64,000 bases of DNA from Candidatus Daviesbacteria bacterium. Lineage in GTDB: Bacteria; Patescibacteriota; Microgenomatia; Daviesbacterales; UBA10151. The notes below the pieces were generated by a model. That model saw only the letters and a list, made by a program, of their open reading frames with translations, made no database searches and was not told the DNA's origin. Made by a program: the position numbers and the translations under genes. Each line of letters begins with the position of its first letter. Within the stretch, counting starts at the first letter, position 1. This document shows positions 40,700 through 49,827 of this stretch, piece by piece. The stretch lies in contig JAUYKM010000009.1 of assembly GCA_030699125.1 (NCBI GenBank), positions 108,647-172,646 of the forward strand, given 5' to 3'.

Positions 40700-41495
40700 C
40701 CTGATTTCCATAATAGTTCCGGCTTTTAATCAGGAAAAAACCATAGTTCATGATTTAAAAAAAATACATCAAGTTCTTGAGAAACTAAGATATAGCTCTG
40801 AACTTATTTGTGTGGTTGACGGCATGTTGGATAGAACCTTTGAGAAAGCCACCAAGTTTGCCAAAGAATCCCCCCGTATTAAGGTAGTGGGATACGAGAA
40901 AAATAAGGGTAAGGGTTATGCCATACGTTATGGCATAGCGGAAAGTAAGGGGGATATTGTGGGCTTTATAGATGCGGGGATGGATTTAAATCCAAATGGA
41001 TTATCGATGCTTCTTGAGCATTTTGAATGGTACAATGCCGATATTATTGTTGGTTCTAAAAGACACCCTGTTTCTAAGGTGATTTATCCTTGGCAAAGAA
41101 GAGTCCTTTCGCTTGGCTATCAAATTTTAGTAAGATTATTGTTTGGTCTTCGGGTAAGAGACACACAGGTGGGAATGAAATTTTTTAGAAGAGGAGTATT
41201 AAAAAAAGTTTTGCCAAGATTGTTGGTAAAAGAATATGCTTTTGATGTAGAGATGTTGGCCGTTTCCAAATACTTGGGGTTTAATCGAATTTTCGAGGCA
41301 CCTGTAGATATCAAGTTGAGATTTGGGGGAGCATCTACCATTACCAGTCAAAAATTCTTAAGAACAGTCTTGGCTATGTTTTGGGATACTTTGGCAGTAT
41401 TTTATAGGTTGAAAATTCTGAGATACTATTCCGACAAAAATAAGAGAAGATGGAAATTTGACCCGGAGTTAAATTTCAGAATAAATATCGGATGA
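40671..41495 (+). CDS. GT2 polyprenyl/dolichyl-phosphate glycosyltransferase-like
   Basis: IIVPAFNQE, NKGKGYA, FIDAGMD, GSKRH, DTQVGMK, AFDVE. Confidence 0.8.
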   Translation: MIREAQKRTSLISIIVPAFNQEKTIVHDLKKIHQVLEKLRYSSELICVVDGMLDRTFEKATKFAKESPRIKVVGYEKNKGKGYAIRYGIAESKGDIVGFIDAGMDLNPNGLSMLLEHFEWYNADIIVGSKRHPVSKVIYPWQRRVLSLGYQILVRLLFGLRVRDTQVGMKFFRRGVLKKVLPRLLVKEYAFDVEMLAVSKYLGFNRIFEAPVDIKLRFGGASTITSQKFLRTVLAMFWDTLAVFYRLKILRYYSDKNKRRWKFDPELNFRINIG

Positions 41496-43387
41496 TTTTA
41501 TTTGACTACATACGTTTCCTTGTATTTTGCTTTCTGATAATTATTCCAGTGGGCGAATTAGTCTTAAGAGTAATAGGTTTTAGGGGCAAGTTTTGGGAGA
41601 CTCTTTTAATAACAACAAATATTGGTTTTATTTTTACTACTCTGGTCGTCTATATTGCGGGTTTAATAGGAATAAATAATATTCTTCCGGCATTAATCCT
41701 ATTACCCTTTTTTCACCTATTAATATTTAGATCTAATTTTTTTGTTAAATTGGTAAGTAAAAAGATAAGTTTAGACATTGTTCTTTTAATTATTATTGCT
41801 GCTGTTGTCATACTACAGGGAGCCCTTAATTTTTATTCAGGCGAAATTCTTCCAGAGGGTATTAGGCTAACAGCAGGACATGCTCATGACAGTTTATGGC
41901 ACATAAGTCTAATAAATAATCTCAAAATACAAATACCTCCGGAAAACCCAATTTATTCAGGGACTTTATTAACTAATTATCATTATTTCACTGATATTTT
42001 TATGGCTTTTGTTTCAAATTTTACGAGTATATCAACTCTTGGCATTTATTTTAAGATAATGGGACCATTTCTGCTTATACTATTTAGCGGTTCGGTTTTT
42101 CTTCTTTCTCTAAGATTGACTGCCAATAAGATTCTCTCCTACATGGCAATTCTTTTAACTGTTCTGAGCAGTAATCTATATTATTTAATAGGAATATTTT
42201 ATGAAAATGCCAAAATTACCCCTTCTGTATTTTGGGTGGATGAATTTGCTACTAGGATGACCAATTTACAGCTTTTGGCATCCTATATAGTCATACTCAC
42301 TGTTCTATACCTAATGCTTATTTTCAGAGAAAAATTTTATATGAAAATCACATTAATCTTATCAATTATCATCTCCTCCCTTTTAGGATTCAAAGCATAC
42401 GGTTTCATACTTATTATGCTATCGTTACTAATTCTTTTTATCTATAGAAGAAGCTTTAATTATTTAAAGCTTAGTTTAGCAAGTATTTTTTTCTCACTTA
42501 TTATTTATAAAAATAGTATCTCTTCAAGCAACTTCCCTTTCATTTTTATGCCCTTTTGGTTTATCAAAAATATGTTTGAGACTGGAGATCATCTAAATTA
42601 CTCAATATGGGAATTAAAAAGACAAACCTATCTTCAGGATAATAACTTTCTTCGTATAGGTACCCTTTACATTGAAGGAATTATAGTTTTTCTTTTAGGA
42701 AATTTAGGAGGAAAAATAGCGGGTTTTTTAACTATATTTCAAAAATATCAAAAAGATAAAATTGATATAATCATAATTCTGACATTGGTATCCGTTTTTG
42801 GAACTTTAATTCCCTGTATCTTTCTCCAAAAGGGAATAGTTTGGAATACCATTCAATTTTTTTATTATTCCTACCTTTCGCTTTCTCTGCTTTTCACACT
42901 TTTTATCTCAAGATTATTGTTAAGAGCAAAACTTATCACATTAATAATTCTCGCCTTTATTTGGGGAACCTTGCTTCCTGGTGTTTTCTATACTTTAGAT
43001 TTATATTCCCCAAATAAATCTTCTATCCAAAACCGCTCAGCTTTAATTGATGCATCTTTTTTTCTTAAGAATCAAGATAAAGGTAATGTTGTGGTAGACC
43101 CTTTATATTATCAGGATTCATTGATTCCGGCTTTATCAGGACAATCAGTATTTATGGCAGATTCAACCCAATTGAATCTCTTGCTTATAAATGATGATGA
43201 TCGGGATAGAGATCTAAGGAATTTTTTTGATGACAAGCTAGAAGAAAATAAATTTAATTTTCTTGAAAATAACAATATTAGATATATAATTTCCAATGAG
43301 GGCAGAATTTTTTTGGATAAAATAATGCAATTAAAAAAAGTTTATTCTAATTCAGAAATTAGTATTTACAAAAATATTTCTAAATAA
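41492..43387 (+). CDS. GT-C-like polytopic membrane protein ('HDxxWH' family)
   Basis: HDSLWHISLI...PPENP...NYHYFTD, FKAY, GNLG, WNTIQF, NIRYI. Third family member in the window. Confidence 0.65.
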   Translation: MILFDYIRFLVFCFLIIIPVGELVLRVIGFRGKFWETLLITTNIGFIFTTLVVYIAGLIGINNILPALILLPFFHLLIFRSNFFVKLVSKKISLDIVLLIIIAAVVILQGALNFYSGEILPEGIRLTAGHAHDSLWHISLINNLKIQIPPENPIYSGTLLTNYHYFTDIFMAFVSNFTSISTLGIYFKIMGPFLLILFSGSVFLLSLRLTANKILSYMAILLTVLSSNLYYLIGIFYENAKITPSVFWVDEFATRMTNLQLLASYIVILTVLYLMLIFREKFYMKITLILSIIISSLLGFKAYGFILIMLSLLILFIYRRSFNYLKLSLASIFFSLIIYKNSISSSNFPFIFMPFWFIKNMFETGDHLNYSIWELKRQTYLQDNNFLRIGTLYIEGIIVFLLGNLGGKIAGFLTIFQKYQKDKIDIIIILTLVSVFGTLIPCIFLQKGIVWNTIQFFYYSYLSLSLLFTLFISRLLLRAKLITLIILAFIWGTLLPGVFYTLDLYSPNKSSIQNRSALIDASFFLKNQDKGNVVVDPLYYQDSLIPALSGQSVFMADSTQLNLLLINDDDRDRDLRNFFDDKLEENKFNFLENNNIRYIISNEGRIFLDKIMQLKKVYSNSEISIYKNISK

Positions 43388-43388
43388 T

Positions 43389-44498
43389 ATGAATATTCTA
43401 ATCTTATCTTGGAGAGGACCGGGGCATCCACATGCTGGGGGGGCGGAAATTTCAACTCATGAACACGCCAAGGGTTGGATAAAAGCTGGGCATCAGGTAA
43501 CACTCTTCACCTCCTATTATATAGGTGCGAAGAAGGAGGAGAAAGTAGATGGAATTAAAATAATTAGACAAGGTGAGCAAGTTCTAGGAGTACATCTAAG
43601 AGCAATATCCTGGTATCTTTTTGGTAATCACCCCAAATTTGATATTGTAATTGATCAGTTCCATGGGATACCTTTTTTTACACCACTTTATGTCCGAGTA
43701 AAAAAATTAGCTTTTATTCATGAGGTGGCAAAAGATGTTTGGAAAACAAATTTCAGCTTAATTCCTGCAACTTTAGGTGAAGTTTTTGAGTCCTACGTAT
43801 TTAAACTTTATAAAAATATTCCCTTTATGACGGTATCGCATTCAACAAGAGAAGATCTTATTAGTTGGGGGATTCCGGATAAAAATATCACAATCATACA
43901 TAACGGCGTTACAGTTCCTAAAACGCTTAAACCAATGGCTAAAGAAAAGAAAAAGACAATAATTTTTTTGGGGGCCATCAGTAAGGATAAAGGGATTGAG
44001 AAGGCAATTAATGTTTTTTCAATTATTAATAATAAAGAGAGAGATTGGCAATTTTGGGTAGTAGGAAAGTCAGATCAACCATATATGTTAAAGCTCAAGA
44101 GTTTATCAAGAAAATTAGGTCTTTCAAGTAAAATAAAATTTTTTGGTTTTATTTCGGAAGATAAAAAATTTGAATTTTTATCAAAGGCTCATATTTTAAT
44201 AAATCCTTCTATTAGGGAGGGATGGGGGTTGGTGGTAATTGAAGCTGCAAGAATGGGTACACCTACTGTAGCATTTAATGTTCCGGGTCTTAGGGATTCA
44301 ATTATTAATAATAAAACTGGGATTCTCTGTTCTGATAATAGTGTAGAAAATTTAGCCAAAAATATTTTTAATCTGCTGGAAAATAAGAAAGAATATGATC
44401 GGATCAGAAAAAATGCCCTTCTTTGGAGTGAAAACTTTTCTTGGGATAAAGCTGTAAAAAAAAGTTTAGAGCTGATTGAGATGATTGACAAGGGATAG
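43389..44498 (+). CDS. GT4 glycosyltransferase
   Basis: WR...HPHAGGAE, PSIREGWGLVVIEAA.MGTP, PGLRDS. Confidence 0.9.
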   Translation: MNILILSWRGPGHPHAGGAEISTHEHAKGWIKAGHQVTLFTSYYIGAKKEEKVDGIKIIRQGEQVLGVHLRAISWYLFGNHPKFDIVIDQFHGIPFFTPLYVRVKKLAFIHEVAKDVWKTNFSLIPATLGEVFESYVFKLYKNIPFMTVSHSTREDLISWGIPDKNITIIHNGVTVPKTLKPMAKEKKKTIIFLGAISKDKGIEKAINVFSIINNKERDWQFWVVGKSDQPYMLKLKSLSRKLGLSSKIKFFGFISEDKKFEFLSKAHILINPSIREGWGLVVIEAARMGTPTVAFNVPGLRDSIINNKTGILCSDNSVENLAKNIFNLLENKKEYDRIRKNALLWSENFSWDKAVKKSLELIEMIDKG

Positions 44499-44531
44499 AG
44501 TTTATTTAATAATGGAGGGGCAAAAAAGGTG

Positions 44532-45584
44532 ATGAAAAATAAGATACTCGTAACAGGAGCAGGTGGATTTATTGGTCACCATATGGTCAAATTCCTCAAA
44601 GAAAAAGGGTTTTGGGTGAGAGGAGTGGATATTAAGGAGCCGGAATTTGAATCTACTGTCGCTGATGAATTTTTACTTTTGGATTTAAGAGACAAAGAAA
44701 ATACTCTAAAGGTAACAAGAGGTATCGATCATGTATATAATTTTGCTGCCAATATGGGCGGAATTGGCTTTATTGAGACTGTTCATGCTGAAGTAATGAG
44801 GGATAATGTTTTAATTAATACGCATCTTTTAGAAGCATCCCTTATGAATGGAGTAAAGAAATTCTTCTTTGCTTCATCTGCCTGTATTTATCCAAAATAC
44901 CTTCAAGAGGGAGAAGAAAATACTGGTTTAAGAGAATTTAATGCTTACCCTGCTGATCCAGATAATGAATACGGTTGGGAAAAATTATTTACTGAACGCC
45001 TCTGCTATAACTATTGGACAGACTTTGGTTTGGAAACTAGAGTTGCCAGATTTCATAATGTTTATGGACCATTAGGTACTTGGCAAGGTGGTAGGGAGAA
45101 ATCTCCAGCAGCCCTTTGTAGAAAAATTGCAGAGGCAGAAAACAATGGGGAAATTGAGGTTTGGGGAGATGGTAACCAGACAAGATCATATTGTTTTGTA
45201 TCAGATTGTGTAGAAGGGGTATATAGATTGATGAATTCCGATGTAAGAAAACCTATTAATGTCGGATCTGATAGACTGATTTCCATTAATGAAATGATTG
45301 AAATTATTTCACAGATCGCTGGGAAAAATATCAGAAAAAGATATGATTTAACCAAACCTCAAGGAGTACGCGGTAGGAATTCCAACAATGATCTTATTCG
45401 TTATCTATTTGATTGGGAACCTAAGATTCCTTTGGAAGCAGGATTAAAACAGACTTATTTTTGGATTAAATCGCAAATCGATAAAGGAAAATTAATAAAA
45501 AAAAGTAAGGCAAATGGTGAAGATATCCCTAAAAAGAAAGAAAATGCAAGAAAAATTAGGAACAGAAAAGTAATAGTTATATAA
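44532..45584 (+). CDS. GDP-mannose 3,5-epimerase-like NAD-dependent epimerase
   Basis: GAGGFIG, AANMGGIGFI, SSACIYP, YGWEK, RFHNVYGP.GTW.GGREKSPAALCRK, WGDG.QTRS, GVRGRNS. Confidence 0.8.
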   Translation: MKNKILVTGAGGFIGHHMVKFLKEKGFWVRGVDIKEPEFESTVADEFLLLDLRDKENTLKVTRGIDHVYNFAANMGGIGFIETVHAEVMRDNVLINTHLLEASLMNGVKKFFFASSACIYPKYLQEGEENTGLREFNAYPADPDNEYGWEKLFTERLCYNYWTDFGLETRVARFHNVYGPLGTWQGGREKSPAALCRKIAEAENNGEIEVWGDGNQTRSYCFVSDCVEGVYRLMNSDVRKPINVGSDRLISINEMIEIISQIAGKNIRKRYDLTKPQGVRGRNSNNDLIRYLFDWEPKIPLEAGLKQTYFWIKSQIDKGKLIKKSKANGEDIPKKKENARKIRNRKVIVI

Positions 45585-45617
45585 TTACCTCTAGAAAAAA
45601 GTTATTTTCCTAAAAAA

Positions 45618-47990
45618 ATGTTGGATTATTCAACAATCGCTTGGATTAAAATTATAGTTTTTTTGATTCCCATTTGGTTTACAGGAATAATAGTGGTTCG
45701 ATCTATCGTTAAGAGACAGAGAGTCGAGCTGGTCCTTCCTGTAGGCTTAATAGTGGGGCTTTCCCTATATGTTTTTTTCTTAAACAGTTTGTCATATATT
45801 TTAACTCCTCCTTGGAGCATCTTAATCTCTTACATAATTTTTCCCATGATAGGATTTATCTTTTGGAGAGTTTGTAAATTTGATAAGTGGGATTTGCTCA
45901 ATGGTAAGATATTATTCGTCTACCTTTTATCACTTTTATTGTGGACAAGCTTATTCATTTGGAAAGGTAATTTTGCTTTAATTGGAAGCGATACAAATCT
46001 TTATTATTCTGTTGCGCATACATTCTTAAATGGTAATTTCCCTCCCAAAACGCCATGGCAGCCGGATCTATCATTAGTTTATCATCTTGGAACCTTTGAA
46101 CTATTAGGTGCTTTTTATTATTTTACAAATCTCCCGTTTCAATTTCTACATATTTTCTTTTCTGCTATTATGATTCTTGCATGTTCGCAGATTATTATTT
46201 GGCTTTGGAAAAGACATGAGTCCTTCATTTCAGTAACTATAATAAATTTAGCAGTTGCTGTAATTTTTATCAGTTTTGGTTTCTTTAAAATAGTGATTCC
46301 CGTCTTTCCTTTAAAATTTCCAAATATACCCTCGATTCATGAGTTTTTTTTATATATCAGAAACCTGCCTACTGTTAATCAGTCAATTGAAGTATATGGA
46401 GCCGCGATTAATTTGGATGGTCTAATTTATTTCATTTTTCATATTTTTGGAATTTCCATATTTATAGCCCTTTTAGCTTTAGTAGTTAATCTCAAAAAGG
46501 AAACCATATATTTGGGATTTACAGTTTTCCTAATTTGTTTGGCTTCCTTAGCTATTATAAATGAATCATTATTTATTGGAGCCTCCTCGTTAATAGTAAT
46601 AAGTTTAATTTATTTGCTTAAGGAGAAAGTTCTTTTAAAAAAGATTAAATTTGTTTCAGTATCTATCCTGATCTTTGGGGTTATTGTTTTGTTTCAAGGG
46701 GGGGTAATAACGAATATTTTGGTAAAAAATGATGCAATTGAATCATCAATAATTTTTTTTCCAAAGAAAGGCCAAATTGAGGGAGATATAGACGCTTATC
46801 ATCTTCATCAACAAATATCAAAAGCATTAGAAGGAAGAAAAAATTGGTATCCTTTCACTTGGATTCATGTGGGAGTTGATTTGTTAATTCTATTTATAAC
46901 TTTATCCATTACTTTCATAAAATATACATCAAATCAGAGGCTGATAATTTTCGCATTATTTCTTGGCGGAGCCCTTTCTTTAATTGCCTATAATAATATA
47001 GTGCCAAAGCTCTTGGCGGCAAATGGTAACAGATTTTTAGGATTTGCATTTATATTTTTTTCATTAGCATTGCTTTACTCCCTTTCTAACTGGATAGGCA
47101 ATTTTCTGAAAGGAAAATCACCCCTTAACTATTTATTAATAATTATTGTGGTGAGTTGGATTTTCTTACCAACGGTTTTGCCGCCATTGACACTTCTTTC
47201 CAAAACTAGATTTGGAGAAAACAAGCTAATTCCCAACGAGTCAATAAGCAGTCCTGGGATTCTGTGGTTGAGAAATAATGCAAATTTTTCCAACAGAGTA
47301 ATGGTCTTAGATAAAAATGCACCTCATCCCAGTGGTCAGGCGCGTGCTTTAGTTGAAGCAGGAATTTTTGCACCGGTTTTTACTGGTAACTTTAGAGCTT
47401 ATACTATTGAAGCCTCTCCGGAATATATTGATACAGCATATTCATTAAGCCCATTAGCTTTGCAAAAATTACAAATCTCTCTACTGCTAATCGATGCAGA
47501 TTTTTACCAGATGTTGCACCAAAAAAGAAAGATTCAATTAGATGATGATAAATACTTCGAAAAAGTTTTTGACAATTCCAATATGCAAAATAATTGGGAA
47601 AAAATTTATAAGATAAAAAAGGAATACTTAAAAAATGGAGAAGAATTAAGCGGTACCCTGGAAGAATTATCGGAAAAATTACTAAAAAGGGAAAAAATTT
47701 ATATAGACAATGAGGAAAATTTTAAGTATGATTTTTTAAGAAGACCAATCATATTTATGTTAAGAAATAAGGATTTATACTTTAATCCTCAGTCAGGTGT
47801 ATATTTAAATGTTGAGGCAAAAATTAATCAAAGGACCCCCGAAGAAGATATTAAATATGATTTTTTAATTTTGGGAAATAAAACTGACTCACATGAGGTT
47901 TGTGATTGCAGTGCAGAATTGATATGGAGGGGATTAAATGGTCAGGTTTATTTATGGAGGTCGGAGTATTTTGGCAAAGTGGAAAAATAA
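45618..47990 (+). CDS. Large polytopic membrane protein, GT-C-like
   Basis: 790 aa with many TM segments. The loop GSD..YY..AH...GNFPP..PWQP...L.YH follows the third TM; soluble C-terminal domain. Confidence 0.5.
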   Translation: MLDYSTIAWIKIIVFLIPIWFTGIIVVRSIVKRQRVELVLPVGLIVGLSLYVFFLNSLSYILTPPWSILISYIIFPMIGFIFWRVCKFDKWDLLNGKILFVYLLSLLLWTSLFIWKGNFALIGSDTNLYYSVAHTFLNGNFPPKTPWQPDLSLVYHLGTFELLGAFYYFTNLPFQFLHIFFSAIMILACSQIIIWLWKRHESFISVTIINLAVAVIFISFGFFKIVIPVFPLKFPNIPSIHEFFLYIRNLPTVNQSIEVYGAAINLDGLIYFIFHIFGISIFIALLALVVNLKKETIYLGFTVFLICLASLAIINESLFIGASSLIVISLIYLLKEKVLLKKIKFVSVSILIFGVIVLFQGGVITNILVKNDAIESSIIFFPKKGQIEGDIDAYHLHQQISKALEGRKNWYPFTWIHVGVDLLILFITLSITFIKYTSNQRLIIFALFLGGALSLIAYNNIVPKLLAANGNRFLGFAFIFFSLALLYSLSNWIGNFLKGKSPLNYLLIIIVVSWIFLPTVLPPLTLLSKTRFGENKLIPNESISSPGILWLRNNANFSNRVMVLDKNAPHPSGQARALVEAGIFAPVFTGNFRAYTIEASPEYIDTAYSLSPLALQKLQISLLLIDADFYQMLHQKRKIQLDDDKYFEKVFDNSNMQNNWEKIYKIKKEYLKNGEELSGTLEELSEKLLKREKIYIDNEENFKYDFLRRPIIFMLRNKDLYFNPQSGVYLNVEAKINQRTPEEDIKYDFLILGNKTDSHEVCDCSAELIWRGLNGQVYLWRSEYFGKVEK

Positions 47991-48673
47991 ACTTTCCAAA
48001 TGGCTTTTAAAACATTAAAACCATCTCTTAAAGCTCTGATTCCTGATGCCCCACCCTTTCTTCTAGTGTAAGTAATAGGAATTTGTACCAGTTTCATCCC
48101 CATTCTACAAGCCTTAGTGACAGTTTCCGCCTCATATTCAAAATGCCTTTCTTTTAAATCCAGGGCTAGAAAAGCATCTTTTTTAAACCCTTTAAATCCT
48201 GCCATCACATCGGTAATTTTTCTGTCACAAGCGATGGATGTAGCCAAAGACATGATCCAATTGCCGAAATAGTTTCTAAAACTAATAGAACCTTTCTCAA
48301 TTTTTCCCTGACCACTAAATCTGGTACCAATTACTACATCAGCACCTTTATCTAATGCCTCAACAAAAAGAGGAATTTCCTGAGGCTGAAATTGATGGTC
48401 AGTATCTATTTGAACAATATAATTGCCTGCTGCAAGAAGTCCACCTGCCCAAAAATCCGCCCCCTTACCTCTTTTAAAAGGAAATCTTAAGATTCTATCC
48501 ACTTTCATCCTTTTAGCAATTTGGATAGTTTCATCCTTGGAGGCAGCATCAACTACGATAATTTCTATTGGAAAAAACTTTTTCAGAACTTTGCAATCCT
48601 TAATAGTCCTACCAATATTTTTTTCCTCATTGTAAGAAGTCAAAATTATACTGACCATTTTTTTTCTTTTCAT
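47948..48673 (-). CDS. GT2 DPM1-like polyprenyl-phosphate glycosyltransferase
   Basis: SYNEE, RGKG, IDTDHQ, VIGTRF, TDVMAGFKGF, FEYEAE, PITY..R. Confidence 0.8.
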   Translation of the reverse strand: MKRKKMVSIILTSYNEEKNIGRTIKDCKVLKKFFPIEIIVVDAASKDETIQIAKRMKVDRILRFPFKRGKGADFWAGGLLAAGNYIVQIDTDHQFQPQEIPLFVEALDKGADVVIGTRFSGQGKIEKGSISFRNYFGNWIMSLATSIACDRKITDVMAGFKGFKKDAFLALDLKERHFEYEAETVTKACRMGMKLVQIPITYTRRKGGASGIRALRDGFNVLKAIWKVYFSTLPKYSDLHK

Positions 48674-48686
48674 GATTCTAGAGGCT

Positions 48687-48715
48687 AGCTTATCCTATAT
48701 AAAAATACTTGTCAA
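48687..48715 (-). promoter_or_regulatory. Sigma70-type promoter for the GT2 gene
   Basis: On the minus strand: TTGACA(48715-48710)-17 bp-TAAGCT(48692-48687). Confidence 0.55.
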
Positions 48716-48737
48716 TATCGGGTGAATATGCTATAAA
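48709..48737 (+). promoter_or_regulatory. Sigma70-type promoter, leaderless, for the 48744 gene
   Basis: TTGTCA(48709)-17 bp-TATAAA(48732) with an extended TG; ATG lies 6 nt downstream. Confidence 0.5.
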
Positions 48738-48743
48738 ACTCCC

Positions 48744-49775
48744 ATGCCAGAAAAACCAGCAGAATCAAGATGGCTTTATAATCAACCTACTCCCGGTATT
48801 GTAGAGAATTGGTATAGAAGAAATGAGGCTAAGATAAGAAGCCAATGGATTGACCCTAAAATATTAGATGGTGCTTTCATTATGGCAAGTACTGCAGAAG
48901 AGATGAATGGAACGCTTAATTTTAGATATTCGCAAGATAGAGTGGTCATGACTAGAACTGGTTTAGAGGTACCCAGAAGAGATTCACAACTTTATGATGT
49001 TTGGCAAGCTCACAAAAGAGATATGGAAACTAGAGGAGAACGAGATGGGGCAAAATACAGTGTCAGAAGATCCTCTCCATTTCTGACAGATAGTGAACTT
49101 CAGATTGAAGTTTCTGACTTTAGCTGGTCTGGGATGGAACTAAATAATGATGTCAATATAGGCGTACTACCTGAATCATTAAGAGATGGAATATTGCCTA
49201 CCTTAAGATCGGAAGGATACGTTTTTGAGGGTGAACCTCCTAATAATGCAGTTGTCCAAGGTATTATTACCACCAAAGATAAAAAATTAGTTTTAACAAC
49301 AAGAGCTGTTAATGCACAGTATTATCAGGGAACAGTCTCACCCTCTTTTGAGGAGCAAATAGATAGAGATAAAGATGATGATCCTATCGAAACATATTTA
49401 AGGGCTGTCTCATATTCACCGAAATTAAAAAGAGGTGAAGAATTACGACTGAATGTTAGACCCGAAAATATCAGATTAGTCTCTATGGTTTTAGAACCGC
49501 AGTTTAATGCAGTGGGGTTTGTAGTGTTAGGAGTTTGTGAAGAAGAATCCGAGGAAATAGACGAGACTAAGTTTGGGGTGGATAGATCTGAGTTTAATCC
49601 TGAAAAACCAATTTGGACCTTACCATTGGATGAGCCATCTCAACTTCTCAGAGATTTTTATAATCCACAAGGCTTTAGGTGGCATGGAATTGGTAGGGAG
49701 AGAGTGGTAGATGCTCTTGCATCAGTACTTGGTTATGAGGAAGCACTTGATAGATTCTATAAGGCCAGACCTTAA
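48744..49775 (+). CDS. Soluble hypothetical protein, possible divergent NUDIX-like fold
   Basis: 343 aa, hydrophilic. VVQGIITTKDKKLVLTTR...YYQGTVSPSFEEQID...RGEELRL resembles a degenerate NUDIX core. Confidence 0.45.
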   Translation: MPEKPAESRWLYNQPTPGIVENWYRRNEAKIRSQWIDPKILDGAFIMASTAEEMNGTLNFRYSQDRVVMTRTGLEVPRRDSQLYDVWQAHKRDMETRGERDGAKYSVRRSSPFLTDSELQIEVSDFSWSGMELNNDVNIGVLPESLRDGILPTLRSEGYVFEGEPPNNAVVQGIITTKDKKLVLTTRAVNAQYYQGTVSPSFEEQIDRDKDDDPIETYLRAVSYSPKLKRGEELRLNVRPENIRLVSMVLEPQFNAVGFVVLGVCEEESEEIDETKFGVDRSEFNPEKPIWTLPLDEPSQLLRDFYNPQGFRWHGIGRERVVDALASVLGYEEALDRFYKARP

Positions 49776-49786
49776 AACTTTTCTTC

Positions 49787-49815
49787 TTGATTTTTGAAGT
49801 TTAATTTAGTAGGAT
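49787..49815 (+). promoter_or_regulatory. Putative sigma70-type promoter
   Basis: TTGATT(49787)-17 bp-TAGGAT(49810), 12 nt before ATG 49828. Confidence 0.4.
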
Positions 49816-49827
49816 CCTTTTATCTTC

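Noticed and set aside
44485-44513. Perfect TTGACA upstream of the GME-like gene
   Set aside because: The hexamer at 17-bp spacing (AATAAT) lacks the first T, so it is too weak to call.
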